A stretch of DNA of 64,000 nt, from positions 202,647 through 266,646 of the IMG/VR virus record IMGVR_UViG_3300037294_000266. The stretch is one strand, 5' to 3'. The notes under the pieces were generated by a model. That model searched no databases. It saw only the letters and a program-made list of their open reading frames with translations, and was not told the origin of the DNA. Each line of letters begins with the position of its first letter. The stretch's first letter is position 1. Positions 21,353-32,073 of the stretch are shown one piece after another. The translations under genes were made by a program, and so were the position numbers.

Positions 21353-21355
21353 CAA

Positions 21356-21401
21356 CATAGAGAGAGAGAGAGGAGCCGTGAGGCTCCTCTCTCTCTCTAT
21401 G
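21356..21401. terminator. Bidirectional hairpin with (AG)n/(CT)n arms
   Basis: cat(ag)7gagcc-gtga-ggctc(ct)6atg between convergent genes. Confidence 0.75.
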
Positions 21402-21409
21402 TCACATCT

Positions 21410-23878
21410 TTAAATAATCGTAACGTGTTCGTTGTACACTCGGTTCAATGAGACATGCGAATCATCAATGACTGCGATCTGACTATTAGGGTAACTGTTC
21501 TGCCCCTCAAACGAGTGACTGATCAAGAACACCTGGGAGTAGACCTCATCGTCCATCAGTTCTTTCAAGGCCAGAGTCAGGTTAAGACGATGGACTTCAT
21601 CAAACGTACGACCGAGTTCATCAAGGTACAGTGGATAGCCTTGCAGATCAAGAAACTTGTAGACCACTAAACGAAACGCCTGGTTAACAATGTCAACCTG
21701 ACTGTCCGACCCGAACTCAATGTCTGGGATCTGGTTTTCGTTTGTATGGACATACATAGGGAACTTGTAATTCAACTCACCATCTTCGATGTCACATTTA
21801 TCCAAGGCCATGTTGTAGCCCCAGACTTTAGCGATGACATTGTTGATAGCTTCAATGAATGTGTTAATGAACACCATGATCTGTTCAGCAATGATCCCGT
21901 CACGAGGAGAAAGTAACTTCTCAAGCTCTATGAGAGCAGCTTCTTCACGCTTAGCCTCCTCCAACGACCGATTGAGATCGCCCACAATCCCCATCTGGAT
22001 CTCAGCTTCAGCCAGAGACTGTTCCAACATCCCTAATTGAGTCTGATGTCTCCTGACCTGAAGTTGGATCTCTTCAACCACTGTGAACTTAATCATCTCG
22101 TCGAGCAGACGGTCAATGCGGCCTTTGAACGAATATGCTTGCTCGGTGAAATCTGCTGCCATGATCAGTTTCTGATGGAATTCAAAGATTTCAGCACGCT
22201 GCTTACGCGCCTCCATCAAATGCTCCTTCAGATCCAACACACGACCGCCTAAGCTGTTCGCCACGGCACGAAGACTACCTGTGCTGTTCAACTGTGCCAA
22301 TTGCTCGAGCGTGTCTAACAGAGGCTTCTTCTCGCGTTCTACGGCAAGGCAGGCTAAATGGGTTTTCACATCACGAATGAAGCTTGTGCACTTAGGAATC
22401 AGAGTCCGACCCTTAGAGAACCCGCCAGCATTAGCAATGAGTGTCCACAGTTCACCGAGGTCAGGATTGCGATCACGAAGAACGTAGAGGTTGTTTAACA
22501 CCTCGTCATTTTCACGCGCCTGTCCTAACCATTCCTTCACGACATTGATCTTAGCGTCCATTGATGTCTTGAACGCTTGACCTTTCTCAAGGAGTTGTTT
22601 GATGTCAGCTTCTTCTGACTCGTTGACACCTTCTTTAAAGCCGTGATTGCAGTTAGGGCAATTGATGGTACGGCAATTACGGATGTGATTGAGCCGGTAT
22701 TCTAATTCACTGATCCGTGATGTGCCTCCCATGAGCTTATTCTGGAGTTCTGATAATTCATGTTGCTTGGCCGATATCTTACTCCTGTCAAAGAGAGATT
22801 CGTCCGAGGCAGCTACTCCATGAAGAAGCTCTATAACCTCCTGTACTGCATTCAAGCAGTAATCGTGGGAAGGCAGTCGCTCTTGGACCACATCGCCTGA
22901 CAATTGGCTCTGTAGGTCCTCGTACTGGTCAGTAAGGACTGTCAACGACTCATGAAGTTCTTTAGGATCGATCCCTTCCAACTCTCCAATGTCATAAAGC
23001 TGTTTGTCGACTTCCTGATACTGCGCTTCAACCTCATGCAGTGCCGCTTCCAACATCTTGACCCGCGCCTGAAGATTGTCAGATATCTCGGCTACAGTAG
23101 AAATGTCAGTCGTGTTAGCAAACACAGGCATCGGACAGCGATGAGAATCCATCGTCTGTATAAGAGCATCCAACTGAGCAGCGTACATGTGGTACTCTTG
23201 CTCATACTCGGTGAAACTATCTGCCAGGCCATCACGATTGGAATGCTGATGAAGCTTAATGAGGCGTTGATGAGTTTCTTCAGACTGCTTACGCATCGAT
23301 TTAAAGGAAGCGTCGTCAATCTTCTTGGCAGACTCGTTAACCAACCGCCCTGACAGGTGCTTAATGACTGCGGACGTATCACGAGCGGCTTTGCGGATAC
23401 GTGAATGGAACTTGATAACGTATTCAAAGTCTGCAGATGACAGTAACGTGATCCAGTCACGGCGTTCAACCGCACTCATTGAGGTGAACTTGTCCTGGCC
23501 TGTAAGAACATTGTTAATGGCATTGGTCATGCCGAAATGCTCACGGATCAATTCCATCTGAACAGCGCCAGTATGACCTACGTTCAGTTCTTCCTCATCA
23601 CAGATGAAACTATGAACAGGGTTCTTTGAAGAGAAGTCATTCCTTAACTCGTAGTGCCTTCCATTGTTGTGCAGGTGAATGAGTTTATACCCGCCCGAAT
23701 GAAAATCATTCTTAGAGGCAGGCATTACAGTAAACCCTACCTTCAACAGACTCGATTTCCCAGATCCGTTGGTGCCCAGAACAATCTGGGTCTTAGCCGA
23801 AGGACAGATCTCAAAAGTCTCAATGCCTTTTAAAACAAACCGCTTGCATTTATGCAAGACGCACTTACTAATAAACAT
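21410..23878 (-). CDS. sbcC: SbcC/Rad50-like SMC ATPase (phiKZ gp165-like)
   Basis: Walker A LGTNGSGKS, long coiled coil with CPNC zinc hook, signature FGSDSQ, Walker B LYLDE, ISH motif. Confidence 0.9.
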   Translation of the reverse strand: MFISKCVLHKCKRFVLKGIETFEICPSAKTQIVLGTNGSGKSSLLKVGFTVMPASKNDFHSGGYKLIHLHNNGRHYELRNDFSSKNPVHSFICDEEELNVGHTGAVQMELIREHFGMTNAINNVLTGQDKFTSMSAVERRDWITLLSSADFEYVIKFHSRIRKAARDTSAVIKHLSGRLVNESAKKIDDASFKSMRKQSEETHQRLIKLHQHSNRDGLADSFTEYEQEYHMYAAQLDALIQTMDSHRCPMPVFANTTDISTVAEISDNLQARVKMLEAALHEVEAQYQEVDKQLYDIGELEGIDPKELHESLTVLTDQYEDLQSQLSGDVVQERLPSHDYCLNAVQEVIELLHGVAASDESLFDRSKISAKQHELSELQNKLMGGTSRISELEYRLNHIRNCRTINCPNCNHGFKEGVNESEEADIKQLLEKGQAFKTSMDAKINVVKEWLGQARENDEVLNNLYVLRDRNPDLGELWTLIANAGGFSKGRTLIPKCTSFIRDVKTHLACLAVEREKKPLLDTLEQLAQLNSTGSLRAVANSLGGRVLDLKEHLMEARKQRAEIFEFHQKLIMAADFTEQAYSFKGRIDRLLDEMIKFTVVEEIQLQVRRHQTQLGMLEQSLAEAEIQMGIVGDLNRSLEEAKREEAALIELEKLLSPRDGIIAEQIMVFINTFIEAINNVIAKVWGYNMALDKCDIEDGELNYKFPMYVHTNENQIPDIEFGSDSQVDIVNQAFRLVVYKFLDLQGYPLYLDELGRTFDEVHRLNLTLALKELMDDEVYSQVFLISHSFEGQNSYPNSQIAVIDDSHVSLNRVYNEHVTII

Positions 23879-23940
23879 AGGTCGTACTCCCTAATCCTGT
23901 AGGATAGGTCATTTATGTTTAGTTTAACGATGAGGTCTTT

Positions 23941-24756
23941 ATGTTAGACAACTCAGCTAGTGTTTTCCGCTGTGTGGCGATGGGTACAGCGGCTGAAAAC
24001 AAGAAGCTCCGTGGTCCAGACGGAAACTTCTCAAAGAAACTATTGGTTACCGCTGTTGAGAAACTCCCATTCCTCGACGGGGAGCAAGTAGACCGTGTGG
24101 ATGCTGTCGAATATGAAGGTGTTGACGATCAAGGTAAGGCTCAGTCAGGTACCTCGTTTGTGTCAAATAACATCAACGCGTTCTGGCTACCTGAAACAAA
24201 CCGTCGAACACCACCGGACGTACAGCGTGGCGAGCGTATAGCCCTGTACCAGTACGCTAACAACGATAAGTACTACTGGCGTAGCATGGGCATGGACGAC
24301 AACCTACGGCGCTTAGAGACCGTCATTTTAGGTATCAATGCCAATCCGAATACAGGGACTGATGGCATCGATCCTGACAACATGTACTTCATTGAATTCA
24401 GCAGTCATACCAAGACGATCACCCTCAGTACCAGTCAGATGAACGGTGAGGTCTGTACATATGACTTCCAGTTTGACATGGCTACAGGTAAGGTAGTCCT
24501 TCAGGACAATTTGGGTAACTACGGTCTATTGAAGTCAACAGAATACTTCATAGAACTTAAGAATGGCCTGGGCACGTGGCTGCAGCTCAATAAACAAGAC
24601 ATCTTTGGCTTCGCTCCTCGTAACATTGATCTTACAGCTACCAATAACGTCGATGTCAAGGCCAAAAAGATTACCTTAAACGGAGGCGGTTCTATATTCA
24701 CTCTTCAGGCGTCTGGCACTACATTGAAGACTCCTAAATTCCAAGGGATGACGTAA
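23941..24756 (+). CDS. Baseplate central spike protein (gp164-like, gp5/VgrG-like)
   Basis: OB-fold-like PPDVQRGERIALYQY segment, beta-rich C-terminal repeats, directly followed by a PAAR gene. Confidence 0.65.
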   Translation: MLDNSASVFRCVAMGTAAENKKLRGPDGNFSKKLLVTAVEKLPFLDGEQVDRVDAVEYEGVDDQGKAQSGTSFVSNNINAFWLPETNRRTPPDVQRGERIALYQYANNDKYYWRSMGMDDNLRRLETVILGINANPNTGTDGIDPDNMYFIEFSSHTKTITLSTSQMNGEVCTYDFQFDMATGKVVLQDNLGNYGLLKSTEYFIELKNGLGTWLQLNKQDIFGFAPRNIDLTATNNVDVKAKKITLNGGGSIFTLQASGTTLKTPKFQGMT

Positions 24757-25019
24757 TGGGTATCGTGTCGCTAGTTAACGTTGACAGTGCGGGTGGTAAA
24801 ATAGCAGGTCCTGGCGCGCCTACTTGGACTTGGAATGGCATCGTCATTTCGTTATTAGGTGATGCCGTCGTTGGTCACGGACTACCTCCACATACCGCTC
24901 CTGTCATTGTCAGTGCAAGTGAATGGATGACAATCGATGGTGTTAAGGTAACACGGGTTGGAAGTATGGCTGGCTGCGGACATGGCGTAACCGGATCAAG
25001 TCAGATGGATATTCCATAA
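24756..25019 (+). CDS. PAAR-like spike tip protein
   Basis: 87 aa; LLGDAVVGHG...PH...IDGVKVTRVGSMAGCGH with His/Cys metal ligands. Confidence 0.8.
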   Translation: MGIVSLVNVDSAGGKIAGPGAPTWTWNGIVISLLGDAVVGHGLPPHTAPVIVSASEWMTIDGVKVTRVGSMAGCGHGVTGSSQMDIP

Positions 25020-25022
25020 CGG

Positions 25023-25057
25023 CATAAGCGGAGGAGGGACATCCCTCCTCCGCTATG
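25023..25057. terminator. Bidirectional hairpin
   Basis: cata-agcggaggaggg-acat-ccctcctccgct-atg. Confidence 0.75.
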
Positions 25058-25060
25058 TTG

Positions 25061-26323
25061 TCATTCCTTAACAACAGATAACTTACTGGTGCCCCATTTA
25101 ACAACATCTCCACGGGAGAATGTTTCAGGTTTGCCAGAGCTTCGTTTCTCATCCACCTTATCCTGCCAGCGGAAGTTACGATTGTTCATGGAACGGTGTT
25201 GTGACATGTTACTGTCAATGCGGATAACCCAAAGACCGTTTTCCTCCGCTGAAATAAACGAAGGAAGTAAGCCAAGTTCCGTCCGCAATGGGAACAGAGG
25301 ACGTTCATCAAAATAGAAACGTCCTGGAAGGAACGTCCGAGTGGTCTGATGGACTTTGGTTGTCAGATGATCGACTTCGATAGCTACGATGAATGACTGG
25401 CTCTGTGTAAGCAGTTCGACCATACATTCGTTACTGTAGAACTTTTGAAGATCATAGTCCGTTTCATTCTCTTCACTGATCTGATGGAAACGTTCCATCG
25501 AGGTCTGATCGAGTTTGTACCGAGACGTCATATACCGCTCCAGGAAAGGAATGCGGTCCATGAAGACTTTCATGGCATTGCTGCCAATTACTTTAAAGTC
25601 TTTGCTGGCAAGGTGTAAGAACCCGCCAATAACAATCCCCATCACTTTATTAGTCGTGTCAAACGGTACCTTGAGGTAGAACTGGTTGGAGTACAACGAT
25701 GACTCGTCAGGATTGTAAATCATGTCAGGTGTAATCGACGCGGTATGGACCTTACCAATGTTCAAGAAACTGATAAGACCTACGTGTGCTGCCTGAGACC
25801 GACGGAATGTGATAGCCCCGTCTTTGATGTACGCTCCATCACCATCTGAATCCAACCGATGAACGTAACCGTTTACAGTAGCGAGGCTGTGTTCTCTGAC
25901 CTCTTTGTAATCGGTGTTGTCCCGGCGTAACCAGATGTCTGTCTTGTCGTAATCGTTAGCATCATTGAAGGGGGAACCAGACGGCACACAGATGTCTACT
26001 GTAAACCCGGCCTGCCATGCATCACGAGCCATGACATAAGACGTTTCGACAACCGGCTCACCGTCTTCAGACGGAAGCGTCGTGTTGCCATTGGAAGTCA
26101 ACCAGTCAATAACGGTGGTGGCTTCTGGGAGGGTTACAAACAGAGTTTCATACTTGCGCATGTCAAGAGTTTGTTTGGAAGAAAGCACTGGATGAGTAAC
26201 GACCAGGTAGATGTTTTCGTACGTTCGTAGGAGGCTCTTAACAGACATTTGTCTGACGTCAAGGTCTTCAAAACGGACATCTGGCTTCCGGTGTTTTACA
26301 ATCGCTTTTTGATATTCGTACAT
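25061..26323 (-). CDS. Probable virion structural protein
   Basis: 420-aa ORF inside the baseplate/fibre module. Confidence 0.5.
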   Translation of the reverse strand: MYEYQKAIVKHRKPDVRFEDLDVRQMSVKSLLRTYENIYLVVTHPVLSSKQTLDMRKYETLFVTLPEATTVIDWLTSNGNTTLPSEDGEPVVETSYVMARDAWQAGFTVDICVPSGSPFNDANDYDKTDIWLRRDNTDYKEVREHSLATVNGYVHRLDSDGDGAYIKDGAITFRRSQAAHVGLISFLNIGKVHTASITPDMIYNPDESSLYSNQFYLKVPFDTTNKVMGIVIGGFLHLASKDFKVIGSNAMKVFMDRIPFLERYMTSRYKLDQTSMERFHQISEENETDYDLQKFYSNECMVELLTQSQSFIVAIEVDHLTTKVHQTTRTFLPGRFYFDERPLFPLRTELGLLPSFISAEENGLWVIRIDSNMSQHRSMNNRNFRWQDKVDEKRSSGKPETFSRGDVVKWGTSKLSVVKE

Positions 26324-26460
26324 TTATCGCCTTCTCCCACGATAATGGTATGCCAGTTGTTTGATATCTGTATTAAACACAGATTTGTTTAAAAAGAAAT
26401 GACTCAGATTCTAGGGCCAGGTTCGGCACCAGAACCGTGGAGATCCCAACGGAGACTGCA

Positions 26461-28854
26461 ATGAGCACTGTAATTCCAGATTATCCTTTTGATCCGACGG
26501 GTGTCGCTGAAACGAACTTGGTTGTTGAAACCCAGGCTATCGAATCACGCGGCACGTTCGACCATTACCATGTGGTCCCACGGGTCGCACCTTTCTTTGC
26601 TGAGAGTGTGAAACTCCGTCTTTACCCAATCGGCGCGAACGTCAATAACCCAGCTGGTGGAGAAGCTCTTGAAGAGGGCATCCACTACAACTTCGGTTAC
26701 CACTTCGCTTATGCATCGCATACCATTGGTAAGCCTGTATATAGCAGCATCACCTTCTATGACCGCACGTTGCGTGGTCAGTTGCGTATGGAATACCAGA
26801 CGCTGGGTGGTGAGTGGGTTCTCGATGAGCAGAAGTACAACGAACTTCTACTTAACGTATCTCGCAATCCTCGTATCGCCACCTGGGAACAGATGGTCGA
26901 ACTACCTCGGGAGTTTCCCGTTGTAGATCACGATTTCAACATCGACGATTTTGTCGGCATGACTGAAGTTGTGGACGAATTGGGTGACATCGAGCAAGCG
27001 ATCCTTCAATCAAACGAAGGTGGGTTGAACGACCATATTGAAAGTACTAATAATCCGCACTCAGTTACTAAAGACCAGGTAGGTCTTGGTCTGGTCGATA
27101 ACTTCCCTTCGGCAGCGCCGGGTGAAGCGACTGCTGGTGTGGCGAACAACCGCTTCATGACACCGCTTCGTACTAAGCAGGCCATTGATGCACTCATTCT
27201 GCCTCAATTGACGGCTCACATGGGCAACACAGCTAACCCTCACCAGGTTACCAAAGCCCAGGTAGGTCTTGGCAGTGTTCAGAACTTTGCATTGGCCACT
27301 CAAGCAGAAGCTGAGGCTGGTTCAAGCAATGCTCGGTACAGCACACCACTTCGTGTCCGTGAGGCTATTGAAGCTATTGTCGGTGTGACGCTCAATGCTC
27401 ACATGGCCGATCGTTCCAATCCCCATCAGGTTACGCGTGTACACGTCGGTCTCGGTAATGTTGAGAACATCGGCATTGCAACCGATGTGGCAGCGATCCA
27501 AGGTGCAGATGACAGTGGTGTAATCACTCCTCGTCTATTGTCACTCGTGCTTGCTGAAACGATTGGTGGTGGTGTTTCTGAGCACATTCAGGATTTCACC
27601 AATCCTCACGGTGTGACGAAGACTCAGGTTGGGTTGGGTTCGGTTGATAACTTCCCTTCTGCGTCTGAAGCTGAAGCCCGCGATGCCACGCTCAGCAACC
27701 GCTTCATGACTCCGCTGGCGGTTCGTCAGGCGATCAACGAACTGGTCGGTGACAGTTCCAACGCACACGTGACGGACTTCGACAACCCTCATCAGGTTAC
27801 AGCAGAACAGGTGGGTACTTATCCATCGGTAACTATCGATCAGCTACTGAGTGACAAGCTTGGTAATGACGAAGCGGCTGCTGACACCGAATTGGTGTAC
27901 GGACTGGATCAGACTGGGTTAGAAGCATGGATCGGCACCATCAAGTCTGGCGACTCTAGTCGTTTAGATGGCATGACTCGACCAGAACTGACGGCTGATA
28001 TCTTGTCAGGCACTGCTGCTAACTCGATTCTCTTTGGTGGGAAGACATACAGCGAAATCGTGAGCGAGATTGGCGACACTGTAGACGGAGCTTCTATTCA
28101 GTTCCGTGTACCGGCGATGCTGGAATTGCTTGATGAGTTTGATGTCGAGACAACAGCGCCTGAACACTGGATCAAGCTGGGTGACTTTGGCGGAACAATC
28201 AACGAACAGCCGGCTGACGTGACGTTGATGATTGCTGGTGGTCGCGACGACTCCTTGGGCGATGATCAAATCCAACAGACGATTCTTGTTCAGATTGCTG
28301 CGACGTACGATTACACCGATGGCGGTCCTCCATTTGCAATGCAATTGAAGAGCGCTGTGATTAAAGAAATCACTCCAGGACCAAAGCCGATCGAGATCGG
28401 TTATCGTTCAATTGGATCGGACGGTACTGCTAAGGTAGAAGTTTACCTGAAAAGTATCGGTACTCGTAACTCCTTGTCTGTCACCGAGCTGTCGTTCAAG
28501 CGATTCAATGCAGCAGCGCAGGTCCAGTACACCGAGGTTGCTCAACTGACCACCGTAGAGCCTGTAGGTATTATCTACCCACCACGCTTGAAGGAAGGTA
28601 CGGCTGAAATCCTCGAACTGTTGGATCACGCCGCTGACACGACCAATCCACATCAGACTACAAAAGATCAAGTAGGTCTTGGCAACGTCGACGATTACGC
28701 AACGGCCTCCCCGGCTGAGGCTGTAACAGGCACTGCGACCAATCGCTTCATGACACCCGCCACCACTACCTCTAAGGTAGATGATGCCATCGGTGTCCTC
28801 TGTGACGAACTGATCCTCGTTATCGATGATGCTTTGGATAACTTGTTTGTCTGA
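26461..28854 (+). CDS. Tail fibre protein (phiKZ gp146-like)
   Basis: N-terminal YPFDPTG; about six NPHxVTKxQVGLGxVDN...FMTP repeats. Start moved to MSTVIP. Confidence 0.8.
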   Translation: MSTVIPDYPFDPTGVAETNLVVETQAIESRGTFDHYHVVPRVAPFFAESVKLRLYPIGANVNNPAGGEALEEGIHYNFGYHFAYASHTIGKPVYSSITFYDRTLRGQLRMEYQTLGGEWVLDEQKYNELLLNVSRNPRIATWEQMVELPREFPVVDHDFNIDDFVGMTEVVDELGDIEQAILQSNEGGLNDHIESTNNPHSVTKDQVGLGLVDNFPSAAPGEATAGVANNRFMTPLRTKQAIDALILPQLTAHMGNTANPHQVTKAQVGLGSVQNFALATQAEAEAGSSNARYSTPLRVREAIEAIVGVTLNAHMADRSNPHQVTRVHVGLGNVENIGIATDVAAIQGADDSGVITPRLLSLVLAETIGGGVSEHIQDFTNPHGVTKTQVGLGSVDNFPSASEAEARDATLSNRFMTPLAVRQAINELVGDSSNAHVTDFDNPHQVTAEQVGTYPSVTIDQLLSDKLGNDEAAADTELVYGLDQTGLEAWIGTIKSGDSSRLDGMTRPELTADILSGTAANSILFGGKTYSEIVSEIGDTVDGASIQFRVPAMLELLDEFDVETTAPEHWIKLGDFGGTINEQPADVTLMIAGGRDDSLGDDQIQQTILVQIAATYDYTDGGPPFAMQLKSAVIKEITPGPKPIEIGYRSIGSDGTAKVEVYLKSIGTRNSLSVTELSFKRFNAAAQVQYTEVAQLTTVEPVGIIYPPRLKEGTAEILELLDHAADTTNPHQTTKDQVGLGNVDDYATASPAEAVTGTATNRFMTPATTTSKVDDAIGVLCDELILVIDDALDNLFV

Positions 28855-28860
28855 CCATTA

Positions 28861-28888
28861 ACACGCTACCTCGAAAGGGGTAGCGTGT
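28861..28888 (+). terminator. Hairpin between tail-fibre genes
   Basis: acacgctacc-tcgaaagg-ggtagcgtgt. Confidence 0.55.
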
Positions 28889-28923
28889 GTTATTCGAACC
28901 CCTTTTCGTGATGGAGCCTCTTC

Positions 28924-30498
28924 ATGAGTGTACCACCCATTATCCAGTATCCGTTCGACAGTTCTGGCGAATCGCTAACGAACAAAGTCGAGAATGAGCG
29001 GAGAACGATTGCTCTTAATACCGAGCGAGCGTTCGTCCCTGAAGCGGGTCCGTTTTACACCAGTTCGTTTAAAATCTGGAACGATGAGACCAATGAAGAA
29101 CTTCGTCCTGTCGACGATTACATTCTGGCTCAGCCGTTTTCCCAGGCATCTATCCGGACAGCAAAAGATGTTCAGTGCGCAATCATTCTGAAAGTACAAG
29201 CGCCTATCAGCGTTCGTTATACGTATCAGGTGGTTGGCGGTGAGTATTCATGGAACCTTCAGGGTCTTGCTGATCTCATTGCTGAACTCGATCTCGATGA
29301 ACGTCCTGTTAAATGGGGCGCTGTCATTGGTCGTCCTAACGCCTATCCGCCAGCTCCGCACATCCATGACATTGGCGATTCGTTTGGCTGGGAATATGTG
29401 GTATGGCAGCTTGAGCGCATTACCAATGCTATCTTGGTTGGTGATGAAGCATCGCACGATGAACTGCGTCAGCAGATGCAGACTATCCGCGATCAGTTAC
29501 AGGCTAACATCGATGCATTGGAAGCCAAGGTTGATGAACACATCAACGACTTTGACAATCCGCACCAAACCACGAAGGCTCAAGTGGGCCTTGGCCTAGT
29601 TGATAACTTCCAGACAGCCTCTCCTGCTGAAGCTTTGGCTGGCGTTCTCGGCAATCGGTTCATGACGCCTTCGCTGTCGAATAGCCTGGCTACTCGCATT
29701 GCGACTGAAGAAGTGGCAGAGCACGAAGCCCGTAAAGATAATCCACATGAAGTCACCAAGGCTCAGACCGGGCTTGGCAATGTGGACAACTTCATTACTG
29801 CCACCCGTGCAGAGGCTGAAGCCGGTACTCTCAATACCCGGTTCATGACGCCGTTGCGGACGAAGGAGGCAATTGATTTCATCGCAGGTAACTTGCTTCA
29901 AGCGCACGTTAACGATACCAACAACCCACACATCACTACCAAGGCTCAAGTCGGGCTTGGTTTGGTTGATAACTTCCAGACAGCTACCAAAGCTGAATCG
30001 GAAGCAGGTATCCTCAACAACCGCTTCATGACTCCGTTGCGTACTAAAGAAGCGATCAACTTCATCGCTGGTAACTTGATCAATGCTCACTTGGCTGACT
30101 TTGGCAACCCTCACCAGGTAACGAAGACGCAGGTCGGCTTGAGTAACATCCCGAACGCCATCACTCGTTCCCGTACTGCTAATACCAGTGCTGAACTATT
30201 GGTAGCTGGTGCGATGTATGACCATATCCTGTCTGGCGATCACGATAGCCGTTATGTCAAGATCAACGTGGCTCAGAATACATCTTTGCGGATCGTAGGA
30301 TCAACATTGCAGGGTTATGTGTCAGGCGCTTGGCGTCAGATCTGGCCAGCGACATGGACTGGTTATGTAACGCCAGGTGCAGCAGATCCATACCCAGGTA
30401 ACGCTACCGAGATTACTCTGATGAACGCGGGCGGTATTCTGTTCGCTTCTGTCAACGGTACGTGGCGTCAGGTGTGGCCAGCTCTCTGGAACGACTAA
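28924..30498 (+). CDS. Tail fibre protein (phiKZ gp145-like)
   Basis: N-terminal YPFDSSG; four NPHxxTKxQxGL repeats; duplicated Trp-rich C-terminal motif. Confidence 0.8.
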   Translation: MSVPPIIQYPFDSSGESLTNKVENERRTIALNTERAFVPEAGPFYTSSFKIWNDETNEELRPVDDYILAQPFSQASIRTAKDVQCAIILKVQAPISVRYTYQVVGGEYSWNLQGLADLIAELDLDERPVKWGAVIGRPNAYPPAPHIHDIGDSFGWEYVVWQLERITNAILVGDEASHDELRQQMQTIRDQLQANIDALEAKVDEHINDFDNPHQTTKAQVGLGLVDNFQTASPAEALAGVLGNRFMTPSLSNSLATRIATEEVAEHEARKDNPHEVTKAQTGLGNVDNFITATRAEAEAGTLNTRFMTPLRTKEAIDFIAGNLLQAHVNDTNNPHITTKAQVGLGLVDNFQTATKAESEAGILNNRFMTPLRTKEAINFIAGNLINAHLADFGNPHQVTKTQVGLSNIPNAITRSRTANTSAELLVAGAMYDHILSGDHDSRYVKINVAQNTSLRIVGSTLQGYVSGAWRQIWPATWTGYVTPGAADPYPGNATEITLMNAGGILFASVNGTWRQVWPALWND

Positions 30499-30519
30499 TG
30501 TAAAATGAGGACTCGCAAT

Positions 30520-31032
30520 ATGTTTAAACACATTCAGGATTTTTCATTCGAAGGTGTTGACCTGTCAGCACTGAGGATAGATGATCTCCTGTCGAGTCCT
30601 CTTCCTTACGAACTCGGGCTGCCCAGGTATCTCGAGTACGGCGGTACACATTCGTTGTTTAACGCAGCTGAATACTTCGAACACAGTCAGACGAAACCCA
30701 TTAAAGTAGAGGGGATAGAGAGACTCAGTGAATTACTGTACTCGACATCCCTTCGACTAGGCAGACACTTTAACCACACAGGTCCTGTGTCTTGCCACAT
30801 GTTCATCTCGCCTGCACAATCACTTAGTTTCCCAATGCATTCTGATACAGACGACGTAATCATCTACATGGTCAGCGGCCGTAAGGTTTATGAAGGTGTG
30901 GATGGGTCGTTAGAAGTGCGCGCTGGGGACAGTATCTATATTCCGCGTGGTACTTTGCACTGCGCGGTTAACACTGACGATTCCGTCATGCTCAGCTTTG
31001 GGCTTGAACGCTACCTGGAAGATAAATTGTGA
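30520..31032 (+). CDS. Cupin/JmjC-like Fe(II) oxygenase
   Basis: SFPMHSDTDDVIIYMVSGRKVY...GDSIYIPRGTLHCAV gives an H-x-D...H triad. Confidence 0.8.
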   Translation: MFKHIQDFSFEGVDLSALRIDDLLSSPLPYELGLPRYLEYGGTHSLFNAAEYFEHSQTKPIKVEGIERLSELLYSTSLRLGRHFNHTGPVSCHMFISPAQSLSFPMHSDTDDVIIYMVSGRKVYEGVDGSLEVRAGDSIYIPRGTLHCAVNTDDSVMLSFGLERYLEDKL

Positions 31033-32072
31033 GTACTCACAAGACGATCTATGTCAAGACGACCGGGACATGCAACCTTAACTGCCAACACTGCTTCACG
31101 AATGGGAAGAACGGGGATAAAACTCAGTTTGTACCGGAGGTAGTAGCCGGATGGGTACATGATTACATGGCTCAGCATTCAGCCGATACCAGTTACCACA
31201 TGGAGTTCCATGGCGGTGAGCCGTTCATTGTTCCATTGGAGAAGCTGAAACAGTTTGCTGATCATTTTGTTGACATGGAGAACGTTTCCATGTGTGCAAA
31301 CAGCAATCTGACGTTTAAGCTGACCGATGAGTTAATCGCATTCATCAAAGACTATCTTGGTGGGTACGTCGGCACCAGTTGGGACTATTGGATACGTTGG
31401 GGAAATGCTAAGCAGTTTGATCTCTGGAAGAAGAATCTGGAGACCCTGCGTTCGCACGGAATCGGCATCGGTGTTAAAGCATCGGTGAGCCGTCAGCTCA
31501 TCGAGAAATCGCCAGACTGGTTCATTGATCAGATGGAAGCGCTGGCTATCGAAGAAGTGAGTCTTGAACGCCTCACCAATGATGGCAGTGCCGTAGATCA
31601 CTCTGGGATCTTTCCTGACAATGAGGCGCAGGATAACTGGTACCTTGCACTGTATCTCCGTTACAAAGAACGAAACCCTCGGGTAAAGATAAAGACCCTT
31701 GACATCATCGAACAGAAGCTCATCCAGAACATTGTCAAAGTAGATACCAATTGTCGAAACTGTGAGCAGAACCTTGTCACGATGAATTCAGATGGGTCTC
31801 TTTCAGGATGTCCTAACGCAGCAGCTAGTCTTCATCATGCTAGAATCGATGAAGGGGTTGAAACGTTCCTTTCTTCAGATGGGCGTATTGATCAGATTGC
31901 AAAGGAATTATCTTGGGGAGACACCTGCCTCAACTGTGACGTATTTGATCTTTGTGGCGGTGATTGTCATCGCTTACCGTGGCAAGAAGGTCGCTGCGGT
32001 GGGTTAAAGAACACGCTGCGACATCTTTCTGGCAGACAGCCACAGCAAAACAACCTGATTATAAAGGTGTGA
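31029..32072 (+). CDS. Radical SAM/SPASM protein 1
   Basis: CNLNCQHC, FHGGEPF; SPASM-like CRNC...GCPN...CLNCDVFDLCGGDC...C. Confidence 0.92.
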   Translation: MSTHKTIYVKTTGTCNLNCQHCFTNGKNGDKTQFVPEVVAGWVHDYMAQHSADTSYHMEFHGGEPFIVPLEKLKQFADHFVDMENVSMCANSNLTFKLTDELIAFIKDYLGGYVGTSWDYWIRWGNAKQFDLWKKNLETLRSHGIGIGVKASVSRQLIEKSPDWFIDQMEALAIEEVSLERLTNDGSAVDHSGIFPDNEAQDNWYLALYLRYKERNPRVKIKTLDIIEQKLIQNIVKVDTNCRNCEQNLVTMNSDGSLSGCPNAAASLHHARIDEGVETFLSSDGRIDQIAKELSWGDTCLNCDVFDLCGGDCHRLPWQEGRCGGLKNTLRHLSGRQPQQNNLIIKV

Positions 32073-32073
32073 C

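Noticed and set aside
21359-21398. (AG)7/(CT)6 microsatellite as a phase-variation tract
   Set aside because: It is intergenic and forms the two arms of a terminator-like hairpin; no coding frame is affected.
27040-30150. Recurring ~50-nt similar segments as a possible CRISPR or DNA repeat array
   Set aside because: They are protein-level tail-fibre repeats (NPHxVTKxQVGLG) with synonymous divergence and no identical repeats or spacers.
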